64,000 nucleotides of DNA, taken from an uncultured Chloroflexia bacterium. Lineage in GTDB: Bacteria; Chloroflexota; Limnocylindria; Limnocylindrales; CSP1-4. The stretch spans positions 3,552,001-3,616,000 of the forward strand of contig OY970218.1 of assembly GCA_963713975.1 (NCBI GenBank). The letters run 5' to 3'. How positions within the stretch are numbered: position 1 is the stretch's first letter; every line of letters starts with the position of its first letter. The translations under genes and the position numbers were made by a program. Shown one piece after another: positions 19,886 to 28,328 of the stretch. Below the pieces are notes generated by a model, which was given only the letters and a program-made list of their open reading frames with translations, did no database searches and had not been told where the DNA came from.

Positions 19886-21073
19886 ATGGAGTCAAGCAGC
19901 GCTCCTCAGGTGGTGATCGTCGGTGGCGGTGGCACAGGCGGTGCTCTCGCCCACGACCTCACGCTCCGTGGACTCAGGGTCGTGCTCGTAGAGCGCCACG
20001 GGCTGACGTCCGGGACCACGGGGCGCCACCATGGACTGTTCCATTCGGGCGCCAGGTACGCGGTCAACGACCCCGAATCCGCCGCCGAGTGCATCCGCGA
20101 GAACCGCATCCTCCGTCGGATCTGTCCCGGCTCGTTCGAGCTCAACGACGGCCTGTTCGTTGCGCTCGACGAAGAGGACTTGGACTTCCGCGAACGGTTC
20201 ATGCCCGCCTGCGAGGCCTCCGGCATCCCCGTCCGCTGGCTGACCGCCGCCGAGGCACTGCGCCTCGAGCCCAACCTCGACCCCGGACTCCTGGGCGCCG
20301 CCCAGGTTCCCGATGGGACCATGGATGCGATGCGCCTGCCGCTGCGCTTCTTTGCGACCGCCCTGGCCAACGGCGCCGCCATCAACCCGTACACCGAGGT
20401 CACGGGCCTGAATGGCTCCTCCGGTTGCGTGACGGGCGTCCGGGTCCTGGACCGGATGACGGGTCGGGCCTATGCCATCGGCGCCGATGTCGTCGTCAAT
20501 GCCGCTGGCCCGTGGGGCGGCCAGGTCGGACGGATGGCCGGTGTCGACGTGCCGGTGCGGCCGTCGCCGGGCGTACTCGTGGCGATGTGCGGCCGCCACA
20601 GCGAGATGGTCGTGAGCCGCCTGCACGCATCGTCAGACGGCGACATCGTGGTGCCCCAGCGGGCACTCTCGATCATCGGGACCAGCTCCTGGCTGGCGGA
20701 GGACCCGGACGAGCTCGACGTACCCGAGGATCACGTCCAGCGGATGCTCACGGAAGGTGCCCGGCTCCTCCCGTCGCTGCGGGGAGCGGAGATGCGGGCC
20801 GCGTGGTCGGCGGCGCGGCCGCTGGTCGGCGATCGCGGCGGGGAGACCGGGCGCGAGCTGAGCCGCACCTTCAAGTGCTTCGACCACGCGGCGGACGACG
20901 GCGTCGAGGGCTTCGTCACGATCTCCGGCGGCAAGGGGACGACCCTGCGCGGCATGGCGGAGCTCACGGCGGACGTCGTCTGCCGCAAGCTGGGGATCGA
21001 AACCCCGTGCCGCACGGCGGAGACGGTCCTGCTGCCCCACACCGCCTTCCATCGCGTCCCGGTGGCGGCCTGA
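19886..21073 (+). CDS. Short GlpA-like FAD-dependent oxidoreductase lacking the C-terminal [2Fe-2S] domain
   Basis: GGGGTG, GTTGRHHGLFHSGARYAVND..ECIRENRIL, SDGDIVVP, GGKGTTLRGMAE; ends soon after CRTAETVL; start codon uncertain (no SD). Confidence 0.85.
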   Translation: MESSSAPQVVIVGGGGTGGALAHDLTLRGLRVVLVERHGLTSGTTGRHHGLFHSGARYAVNDPESAAECIRENRILRRICPGSFELNDGLFVALDEEDLDFRERFMPACEASGIPVRWLTAAEALRLEPNLDPGLLGAAQVPDGTMDAMRLPLRFFATALANGAAINPYTEVTGLNGSSGCVTGVRVLDRMTGRAYAIGADVVVNAAGPWGGQVGRMAGVDVPVRPSPGVLVAMCGRHSEMVVSRLHASSDGDIVVPQRALSIIGTSSWLAEDPDELDVPEDHVQRMLTEGARLLPSLRGAEMRAAWSAARPLVGDRGGETGRELSRTFKCFDHAADDGVEGFVTISGGKGTTLRGMAELTADVVCRKLGIETPCRTAETVLLPHTAFHRVPVAA

Positions 21074-21074
21074 C

Positions 21075-21863
21075 ATGACGACCCTGCTCGATCGGTCGGC
21101 CGAGGCGCCCGAGGCGGCGCCCGTGCCGTCCCGCCCGTTCCGGATCCTGCGCCACCACCGGGGCCGGGAGCCTCGCTGGGACCACTACCGGGCGCCCGTG
21201 ACGTCCGCACGGACGACGGTCCTGGATGCCCTGACCTGGATCCGTGCCCACCTGGATCCGACCCTGGATGTCCGCCACTCGTGCTTCCACGCCTCGTGCG
21301 GGACATGCGGCATGCGCGTCAACGGCCGCGACGTGCTCGCCTGTGTCACGCGGCTGGCCGACCTCGGCCCGGGCGAGGTGACCGTCGAGCCGCTGCTCAA
21401 CCAGCCGATCGTGAGCGACCTGGTCGTGGACATCGAGGCACTCTACGAAGCGTTTGACGGAGTGGGCCTGCCGCTCGTCCGCCGGTCCGAGGCCATGGGC
21501 GGCTCGCGCCCGGCTGATGGCGTGGACCACCTGACCCGATTCGAGGACTGCATCGAGTGCGGGCTGTGCGTGTCGGCCTGCCCGATCGAGGCCAGCGACG
21601 CCGCCTACGTCGGCCCCGGCGTGCTCGCGGCCGCCTGGAGGGTCATCGACGAGCCCCGTGACGCAGATCCGGCGCGAGCCTTCGCGCTCGTCGACGGCGA
21701 CCAGGGCGCGTGGCGCTGCCACCTGGCCTTCGAGTGCAGCGAGGCGTGCCCGTCGGGTGCGCTGCCAGCCGAACAGATCATGCACCTTCGGCGCGGGCTC
21801 CTGCGCCACCGCCTCCGGGCGGTGTTCGGACGCGCGGCCGGAGGTGACGGGAGGGCGTCGTGA
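21075..21863 (+). CDS. SdhB/FrdB-like iron-sulfur subunit
   Basis: SCFHASCGTC..LAC ([2Fe-2S]), CIECGLCVSACP ([4Fe-4S]), WRCHLAFECSEACP ([3Fe-4S]-type), TVLDAL, DLVVD. Confidence 0.88.
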   Translation: MTTLLDRSAEAPEAAPVPSRPFRILRHHRGREPRWDHYRAPVTSARTTVLDALTWIRAHLDPTLDVRHSCFHASCGTCGMRVNGRDVLACVTRLADLGPGEVTVEPLLNQPIVSDLVVDIEALYEAFDGVGLPLVRRSEAMGGSRPADGVDHLTRFEDCIECGLCVSACPIEASDAAYVGPGVLAAAWRVIDEPRDADPARAFALVDGDQGAWRCHLAFECSEACPSGALPAEQIMHLRRGLLRHRLRAVFGRAAGGDGRAS

Positions 21864-22270
21864 TGGACCGCGTCGAAGGGCGACGGGCGGACGCGCCACG
21901 GAGGCGCGGCATCGCCGGCTGGTTCGATCCGCGCCACCGGCATCTCGGCGAATGGGCGTTCGCCCTCAACCGCCTGTCGGGACTGGGCGTGCTGCTCTAC
22001 CTGTACCTGCACCTCGTGATCCTGTCGCTGCTTGCGCGCGGCCCGGATGAGTGGGACGCCTTCGTCGGCATCGCGACGAGCCCGGCGATCCTCGTCTTCG
22101 ATGTGGTGCTGCTTGCCGGGCTGCTCATCCACGGCTTCAACGGCGTCCGCCTCACCCTGCTGGGCTCCGGGCTGGTGGTCGGCCGCCAGAAGGCGCTCTA
22201 TGTGGCGCTGATGGTGATCGCCGGGGTCGTGCTGCTGACCGGTGCCATCCGGATCTTCGAGGTGGCCTGA
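21860..22270 (+). CDS. SdhC-like cytochrome b membrane subunit
   Basis: WAFALNRLSG, YLYLH, IHGFNGVR; three TM helices. Confidence 0.8.
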   Translation: MMDRVEGRRADAPRRRGIAGWFDPRHRHLGEWAFALNRLSGLGVLLYLYLHLVILSLLARGPDEWDAFVGIATSPAILVFDVVLLAGLLIHGFNGVRLTLLGSGLVVGRQKALYVALMVIAGVVLLTGAIRIFEVA

Positions 22271-22271
22271 C

Positions 22272-22655
22272 ATGGCCGTGACGTGGACCCCGGAAGCCGC
22301 CGAGCGCATCCGAGCCGAACGGGACTGGGCATGGGTCATCCAGGCCGCGACGGGGGCCGCGGTGCTGGTCCTGGTCACGGTCCACATGATCGCGAACCAC
22401 TTCATCCTGCCCGATGGGCTGCGGGGCTTCGCGGAGGTCGTGGCCTACCTGTCCAACCCGGTGATCGTCGCTCTTGAGCTCACCTTCCTCGTGACGGTGA
22501 CTTGGCACGCGCTGCTGGGTGTCCGGGCCGTGCTGTTCGACTTCGGGTTCTCGTCGCGGGCCGAGATCCGGATCACGCGCCTGTTGGCCGTCGTCGGCGT
22601 GCTCACGGTCGGGTATGGTCTCTGGCTCACGGCGGTGATCACCGGCCAGGGCTGA
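22272..22655 (+). CDS. SdhD-like hydrophobic membrane anchor
   Basis: WVIQAATG, VHMIANH, WHALLGVRAVLFD; three TM helices. Confidence 0.78.
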   Translation: MAVTWTPEAAERIRAERDWAWVIQAATGAAVLVLVTVHMIANHFILPDGLRGFAEVVAYLSNPVIVALELTFLVTVTWHALLGVRAVLFDFGFSSRAEIRITRLLAVVGVLTVGYGLWLTAVITGQG

Positions 22656-22683
22656 TCGCCGCTCGACCCTCAGGAGGAGCGAC

Positions 22684-23754
22684 GTGCCCGAAGCGCCCGA
22701 AGCGCCAGCACCGCTGCGGGTGGTGGTGATCGGGTCCGGCGCCGTGGGCTCGTTCCTGGGGGGCTCGCTGGCTGCCGCTGGTCACGCCGTGACCCTGCTG
22801 GGCCGGCGGCCGGCCACGGGTGCCGATGCCGGGCTGCTGCTCCTCGAGGGCCCGGACGAGACGCGCCGGGTGCCCGTCCAGCAGACACATGACGCGGCGG
22901 AGGCGGACGTCCCGCAGCTCGCCATCGCTGCCGTCAAGATGTTCGATCTCGAGGAGGCGCTGGCAACGGCGGCCCGCTGGCCGGACGCCGTGATCATGAC
23001 CGTCCAGAACGGCGTGGGCGCCGAGGAGGTCGCGCGGGCGGCCCGGACGTCACCCCTGATCGCCGCTTCCCTCACCACGGCCGTGGAGCCCGTCCCGGGC
23101 GGCGTGCGACGGCTGCGCACCGGGGGCATTGGCGTGGCCGCGGTACCCGGCGACGGCACCGCCGCCGCGGGTGCGACGGCCCGGCGTCTCGCGGAGTCCC
23201 TGGCCGCGGCCGGCCTGCCGGCGCGCGTCTACCCCGATGCCGCCGCGATGAAGTGGTCCAAGCTCCTCGCGAACCTCGTCGGCAACGCGACGAGCGCCAT
23301 CCTGGACATGAGCCCGGGCGAGATCTACGCGGACCGCCGCCTCTACCCCATCGAGCGGCGCCAGCTCCAGGAGGCGGCAGCGGTGATGCGGGCCCTCGGC
23401 CTGGAGACGGTGGCACTGCCCGGGGCGCACGTGCAGCTGCTGCTGAGGGGCCTGGCTCTGCCAGCGGCGATCGGCCGCCCCGTGATCGCCCGGGCGATCG
23501 CCGGCGCCCGGGGCGGCAAGTCCCCATCCCTCCGCCTGCATGTCAGGGGTGGCGGCAGCGGCCCGACCGAGGCGCGCTGGCTCAACGGCGCAGTCGCAAC
23601 CGCGGGCATCCGGACCGGCGTGCCAGCACCCGTCAATGCCTGCCTGGCCGCGCTCGTGGACGAGGTGGCGGCGGACCCTGGACGCGCTGCGTGGTTCGCC
23701 GGCAGGCCGGACCGGCTCGCGGACGCCGTGGCCGCGTGGCCGACACGCCCGTAA
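22684..23754 (+). CDS. Ketopantoate reductase (PanE/ApbA) family protein
   Basis: GSGAVG, AVK, QNGVG, KWSKLLANLVGN, PSL, TEARWLNGAV. Confidence 0.8.
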   Translation: MPEAPEAPAPLRVVVIGSGAVGSFLGGSLAAAGHAVTLLGRRPATGADAGLLLLEGPDETRRVPVQQTHDAAEADVPQLAIAAVKMFDLEEALATAARWPDAVIMTVQNGVGAEEVARAARTSPLIAASLTTAVEPVPGGVRRLRTGGIGVAAVPGDGTAAAGATARRLAESLAAAGLPARVYPDAAAMKWSKLLANLVGNATSAILDMSPGEIYADRRLYPIERRQLQEAAAVMRALGLETVALPGAHVQLLLRGLALPAAIGRPVIARAIAGARGGKSPSLRLHVRGGGSGPTEARWLNGAVATAGIRTGVPAPVNACLAALVDEVAADPGRAAWFAGRPDRLADAVAAWPTRP

Positions 23755-23783
23755 CGAACGCCCCGGGCCTATACTCCGCCTCC

Positions 23784-24413
23784 GTGGAACCCTTCGACCT
23801 CCTGCGCGCCGTCCTCATCGTGGCCGCCGCCTACCTGATCGGTGGCATCCCCTGGGGCGTCATCGTCGCCAAGGTCACGGGGGGGCCGGATCCGCGCAGC
23901 ATGGGCAGCGGCCGGACAGGCGGCGCCAACACGATGCGGGCCCTCGGGCCGCGCCTGGCCCTCGTCTCGGGGCTGCTCGACATGCTCAAAGGCACGGTCG
24001 CGGTGCTCCTGGCGCAGGCGCTCGGTGGCGGCGTGGGCGTCGAGGTCGCGGCGGCTCTGGCGGCGATCGTCGGCCACAGCCGCTCCCCGTTCCTGGGCTT
24101 CGGGGGTGGACGCGGCGTCGCGCCAGCCTTCGGCGGGCTCCTGGCCTTCCAGCCGCTCATCGCCCTGGCCATCATCCCGCTCTTCGCCGGGGTGATCCTG
24201 GTCACCCGCTACTCGTCGCTGGGCTCGCTGGCCGGCTCAGCCGCGGCAGGGATCCTGCTGGTCATCGCGACCGTGACCGTCCCCCTGGACCCGTGGATGT
24301 ACGTCTACGCGGTGGGCGGCACCGGGCTCGTCTGGCTGTTCCACATGGACAACATCCACCGGCTCCTCAACGGCCAGGAGCGCAAGCTCGGGTCCCCGCG
24401 ACCCGAGGAGTGA
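23784..24413 (+). CDS. plsY: Glycerol-3-phosphate acyltransferase PlsY
   Basis: YLIGGIP, GSGRTGGAN, DMLKG, VGH..PFLGFGGGRGVA, YSSLGS, HMDNIHRL..GQE. Confidence 0.9.
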   Translation: MEPFDLLRAVLIVAAAYLIGGIPWGVIVAKVTGGPDPRSMGSGRTGGANTMRALGPRLALVSGLLDMLKGTVAVLLAQALGGGVGVEVAAALAAIVGHSRSPFLGFGGGRGVAPAFGGLLAFQPLIALAIIPLFAGVILVTRYSSLGSLAGSAAAGILLVIATVTVPLDPWMYVYAVGGTGLVWLFHMDNIHRLLNGQERKLGSPRPEE

Positions 24414-24448
24414 CCCGGGAAGTCGCCCGGACCTCGAGGCCGTCACCC

Positions 24449-24733
24449 TCAGTCGGGGATCGCCTCGCCCATCCCGCCGTCGACGAACCCCTCGAGGGTC
24501 TCGATGGCGGTGTCCTCGTCCTCGCCCTCCGCCACCAGCCGGATCCGGTGGCCCTTCGCCACCCCGCTGCCCATCACCATCAGGATCGACTTGGCATCCA
24601 CCGGTGCCGAACCCCGCTCGAGGTTCTCGAGGGTGATCCTGGAGGTGAACGACGCCGCGGTCCTGACGAACATGGCGGCCGGACGCGCATGCAGGCCGCT
24701 GGGGTTGAGAACGGTCCGTTCGGTGCTCCGCAT
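24449..24733 (-). CDS. ptsH: PTS phosphocarrier protein HPr
   Basis: GLHARPAA (His15) and DAKSIL (Ser46) motifs, AEGEDE. Confidence 0.92.
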   Translation of the reverse strand: MRSTERTVLNPSGLHARPAAMFVRTAASFTSRITLENLERGSAPVDAKSILMVMGSGVAKGHRIRLVAEGEDEDTAIETLEGFVDGGMGEAIPD

Positions 24734-24765
24734 GTCCGCAGGGTACCCGACGCGTGTCCTCCTGA

Positions 24766-25950
24766 TCAGGCGTCGGGCAGGGTGGCGGCCATCACCCGCA
24801 GCACGTTCTCGCCCATCACCGCGCGGATCGCGGCGTCCTCCAGGCCCGCGGCCAGCAGCGCGTCCGTGAGCCAGACCACGTTGGCCGCGTCGAAGGGGAC
24901 GGCCACCGCGCCGTCCCAGTCCGAGCCCAGGGCGACGTGCTCCACGCCCACGCGCTCCACGGCGTAGGCGATCGAGCGCGCGATGGCAGCCGCGTCCGGA
25001 CCGCCGCTCGCCGTCTCCCAGAAGCCGATCCCCACCAGGCCGCCGGTCGCGGCGATCCCCTCGAGGTGCTCGTCGGAGAGATTGCGGGCGTTGTCGCAGA
25101 TCCCTCGGACACCGGTGTGCGACGCGACAACCGGCCGGCTGGAGATCGCCAGGGCGTCGTCGATGGTCCGTGCCGAGCTGTGCGCGACGTCGAGGACCAC
25201 GCCCCGGGCCTCCATCCGGTGGATCATCTCGCGCCCGGCGCCCGTGAGGCCGTGCTGCTCCACGCCATGGGCAGAGCCACCGAACGCCGTGTCGAAGAAA
25301 TGGGCGGGCGAGATCATCCGGATCCCCGCATCGGCGACGACATCCACGTTGGCCGGGTCGCCGTCGAGCGCGTGGGCGCCCTCGATCGACAGCATGCCGG
25401 CGGTGATCGCCTCGTTGCCCGCGCGGTCGGCCAGGTAGGCCGCCAGCTCCGCCCGCGTCCCGATGATCCGGAAGGCGCCGTCGGACGCCGCCGCAAACCG
25501 TCGGGCGCTTGCCGCCAGGTGCAGGACACGTGGCATCAGGCGGCGCCACGTCGCCGGCGGCCAACGCTTGGCCAGGGCGAGCCTGATCACGTCGTCCGAG
25601 GTGTCCTCGTTGCGATCGATGTTGAGGCCGCGCGGCGTCTTGACTGCCATCGAGAATACCTGGAGCGCCACCCGGCCCTCGATCATCCGCGGCACGTCCA
25701 CGTGGCCGCGGTCGCTGCGACGCAGCAGGTCACGACCGAACAAGAGGGAATCCGCGTGGAGGTCCGCGACGCGCAGGGTCGCGTGGAGCTTGCGCGCACG
25801 ATCACCGACCGGCCCGGAGGGTTCGGGCCCCACGGGGTTCATCTGCGCCTCGGTACGGGCCACCAGGGCGTCCAGTGCCGGCCGTGCGGCGACCAGGGCA
25901 CCTGCGACCGCCACGCCGGTGGCCAGGGCCGCGACCCGCCGGCCGCTCAT
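24766..25950 (-). CDS. Membrane dipeptidase (peptidase M19) with N-terminal hydrophobic anchor
   Basis: DLHAD, SIEGAH, DVAH, ASHTG, RNLSD, LGSDWDG. Confidence 0.85.
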   Translation of the reverse strand: MSGRRVAALATGVAVAGALVAARPALDALVARTEAQMNPVGPEPSGPVGDRARKLHATLRVADLHADSLLFGRDLLRRSDRGHVDVPRMIEGRVALQVFSMAVKTPRGLNIDRNEDTSDDVIRLALAKRWPPATWRRLMPRVLHLAASARRFAAASDGAFRIIGTRAELAAYLADRAGNEAITAGMLSIEGAHALDGDPANVDVVADAGIRMISPAHFFDTAFGGSAHGVEQHGLTGAGREMIHRMEARGVVLDVAHSSARTIDDALAISSRPVVASHTGVRGICDNARNLSDEHLEGIAATGGLVGIGFWETASGGPDAAAIARSIAYAVERVGVEHVALGSDWDGAVAVPFDAANVVWLTDALLAAGLEDAAIRAVMGENVLRVMAATLPDA

Positions 25951-26372
25951 GCGCCGAAGGCCCGGCCGCGGGTGGGGCGGATCCGCAGCGGCACGTTGTA
26001 GATCGTCGCCATCTCCTCGGCCGACGTGAGGTAGTCGGTGATCCACGCTCCGTACTTGGCGAGGTACGCAGCGTGGTCGGGGACCTGCGGCGTCGCCTGG
26101 TCCACGCGCGCCTCGCCCTCGATGACGACGACGTCGCCACCCTTCCCGTCGTCGTTGAGGTGGAGGGTGACCCGCGGATTGTGGGTGATGTTCAGGTTCC
26201 GCTTGGCGCGCTTGTCCGAGAAGACCAGCGCCTCGCCGTCCTCCCACAGGAACCAGATCGGGAAGGTCTGGGGCTGGCCATCGGGCGTGACGGTCGTCAG
26301 CCAGCCGATCATGTCCGTCCGGAGGCGCGCGAGCGCGTGCGCGTCCGCTTCGGAGCCGGAGTCGAAGACCAT
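25947..26372 (-). CDS. PPOX-class (putatively F420-dependent) oxidoreductase
   Basis: IGWLTTV..DGQPQTFPIWF, KRNLNI..NPRVTLHL, YLAKY; GGAGG upstream. Confidence 0.75.
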   Translation of the reverse strand: MVFDSGSEADAHALARLRTDMIGWLTTVTPDGQPQTFPIWFLWEDGEALVFSDKRAKRNLNITHNPRVTLHLNDDGKGGDVVVIEGEARVDQATPQVPDHAAYLAKYGAWITDYLTSAEEMATIYNVPLRIRPTRGRAFGA

Positions 26373-26388
26373 CGGGTATCCCTCCACG

Positions 26389-27174
26389 TCAGGCCGGCGC
26401 GGGCTTGGCCGCAGGCCGGTGTCGAACCTCGTCCAGGAATGCGAGCGAGCGCGGGTCCCGCTCCAGCGCGATCCGCATGAACTCGCGCATCGCCCCCTCC
26501 ACCTCACGTTCCACCGCGGGCGACAGGCGGAGGGTCGCGATCGCCTCGATGTCCAGGCGCTGGTAGGCCTTGAGCAGCTTGAGCGCGTCGAGCGACAGGG
26601 CGACGCGGTCGGCCGGCGGCCCCGGGCAGCGGGCGCAGATCACGCCTCCCAGCGGCGGGACCCAGCGGAACGCCTCCGTGGCATCCAGCATCCGGTCGCA
26701 CTCCACGCAGCGGTCCACCTCGGGGCGCTGGCCCAGCTCGTCCGCGAGGTGCATCTCGTACCAGCGGGCGACGCGTCCGGGCGCCATGCCGGCATCCAGC
26801 AGTTCGTAGGCGCGGCGAAGGAGCGCGTACAGCGGCTGCGCCTCGTGGCGCTCCTCCAGGCTGCGATCCGCCAGCTCCGCCAGGTACCACGCGGTGGCGG
26901 CGCTCTCGAGGCTGTCGCGCAGGCGGAGCCAGGCGTGGCCGACGCGGACCTCGGTCACGACGTCGAATGTCCGCCCGCGGGCGAGCGCGACGGTCAGCTC
27001 GGCGAACGGCTCCAGGGAGCCGCCCAGGCGCGACGTCGGGCGGCGGATGCCCTTGGCGATCGCTTTGAGCTTGCCGTGCTCGGGGGTGACCAGGGTCAGC
27101 ACCCGGTCGGCCTCCCCCAGGTCGAACCGGGAGAGGACGATCGCATCGGTGACGTAGCGGCGCGGCGCGGGCAC
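26389..27174 (-). CDS. recO: DNA repair protein RecO
   Basis: AIVLSRFDLGEADRVL, GKLKAIAKG, LEPF; zinc finger CVEC..GGVICARC. Confidence 0.92.
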   Translation of the reverse strand: MPAPRRYVTDAIVLSRFDLGEADRVLTLVTPEHGKLKAIAKGIRRPTSRLGGSLEPFAELTVALARGRTFDVVTEVRVGHAWLRLRDSLESAATAWYLAELADRSLEERHEAQPLYALLRRAYELLDAGMAPGRVARWYEMHLADELGQRPEVDRCVECDRMLDATEAFRWVPPLGGVICARCPGPPADRVALSLDALKLLKAYQRLDIEAIATLRLSPAVEREVEGAMREFMRIALERDPRSLAFLDEVRHRPAAKPAPA

Positions 27175-27284
27175 GCTCGGACGGTAGCACTCCCGAGCAC
27201 GGAGGTCCGGCGGCCACCGGGCCGCACCAACAGGCTACTTTCAGCGAACACGTTTAGGGTCGGACCCGGTACACTCGCTCCACC

Positions 27285-28307
27285 ATGACCGTGACGAACG
27301 ACATCGATCTCGCCCAGCTCCTGGCAGACACGGAGGCGGAGATCCTGCGCGTCGTGGGCGAGCGCGACGGCGCCACGGCCGGCGTCTACGAGATGATCCG
27401 GTACCACCTGGGGCTGGACGGATCGGACGGGCCGCGCGGCAAGCGCATGCGCCCCCTGCTGGGCCTGCTCGCCTACTCCTCGATCGCCGGCGAGCACGCC
27501 CGTGCCCTGCCCGGCGCGGCGGCCGTGGAGCTTGGCCACAACTTCAGCCTGGTCCACGACGACATCGAGGACGGAGACGTCGAGCGGCGACATCGGGCGA
27601 CCCTGTGGGCGCTCCACGGCGTGCCGCAGGCGATCAACACGGGCGACCTCATCTTCAGCCTCAGCCGCGTCGCGCTGCACCGGCTGACGGACCTGGGGTT
27701 CAGCGACGCCAAGGTCCTGCGCCTCATGCGGTTGTACGACGAGACCTGCGTCCTGCTCTGCGAGGGCCAGTACATCGACATCGCCACGTCGGCTTCCGAC
27801 GAGCCCATGACCGTCGAGCTCTACTTCGACATGATCGGGCGCAAGACGGCTGCCCTCATCTCGGGGTCCATCGAAGCCGGCGCGCTGCTTGCGACCGACG
27901 ACGAGGCGGTGATCGGCGGCTACCGCCGGTTCGGCTGGGCGCTGGGCCTTGCCTTCCAGCTCAACGACGACCTCCTGGGCATCTGGGGCGTGGAGCAGCA
28001 GACGGGCAAGGTGCCCACCGACATCGCGCGCCGCAAGAAGACCCTGCCGGTGCTCTACGCGTTCCAGCACGGCACGCCCGCGGACAGGGGGCGCCTGGCG
28101 GACCTGTACGCGGTTGCCGAGCCGGATGCGGCCGGCATCGACGAGATCGTCGCCATCCTGGAGCGGTCCGGTGCGCGCGAGTTCACCCGGTCCGAGGCGC
28201 AGCGCTACCGCGACCAGTGCCTGGCGGAGCTGGACGCCCTCACGATCGTGGACTCCGCGGCGCGTGAGCGGCTCCAGGGGATCATCGTCTCCGTCATCAG
28301 CGCGTAG
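27285..28307 (+). CDS. Short-chain polyprenyl diphosphate synthase (type I GGPPS/IdsA-like)
   Basis: GKRMRP, FSLVHDDIED..RR (Phe at -5 of the first Asp-rich motif), GQYIDI, KTAAL, FQLNDDLLG. Confidence 0.88.
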   Translation: MTVTNDIDLAQLLADTEAEILRVVGERDGATAGVYEMIRYHLGLDGSDGPRGKRMRPLLGLLAYSSIAGEHARALPGAAAVELGHNFSLVHDDIEDGDVERRHRATLWALHGVPQAINTGDLIFSLSRVALHRLTDLGFSDAKVLRLMRLYDETCVLLCEGQYIDIATSASDEPMTVELYFDMIGRKTAALISGSIEAGALLATDDEAVIGGYRRFGWALGLAFQLNDDLLGIWGVEQQTGKVPTDIARRKKTLPVLYAFQHGTPADRGRLADLYAVAEPDAAGIDEIVAILERSGAREFTRSEAQRYRDQCLAELDALTIVDSAARERLQGIIVSVISA

Positions 28308-28328
28308 CGCGTCGCGGGTCCGGCCCGG

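Noticed and set aside
19886-21073. Pseudogene fragment of glpA, or an SdhA
   Set aside because: The ORF is intact with conserved motifs and ends at a domain boundary coupled to the next gene; SdhA signature motifs are absent
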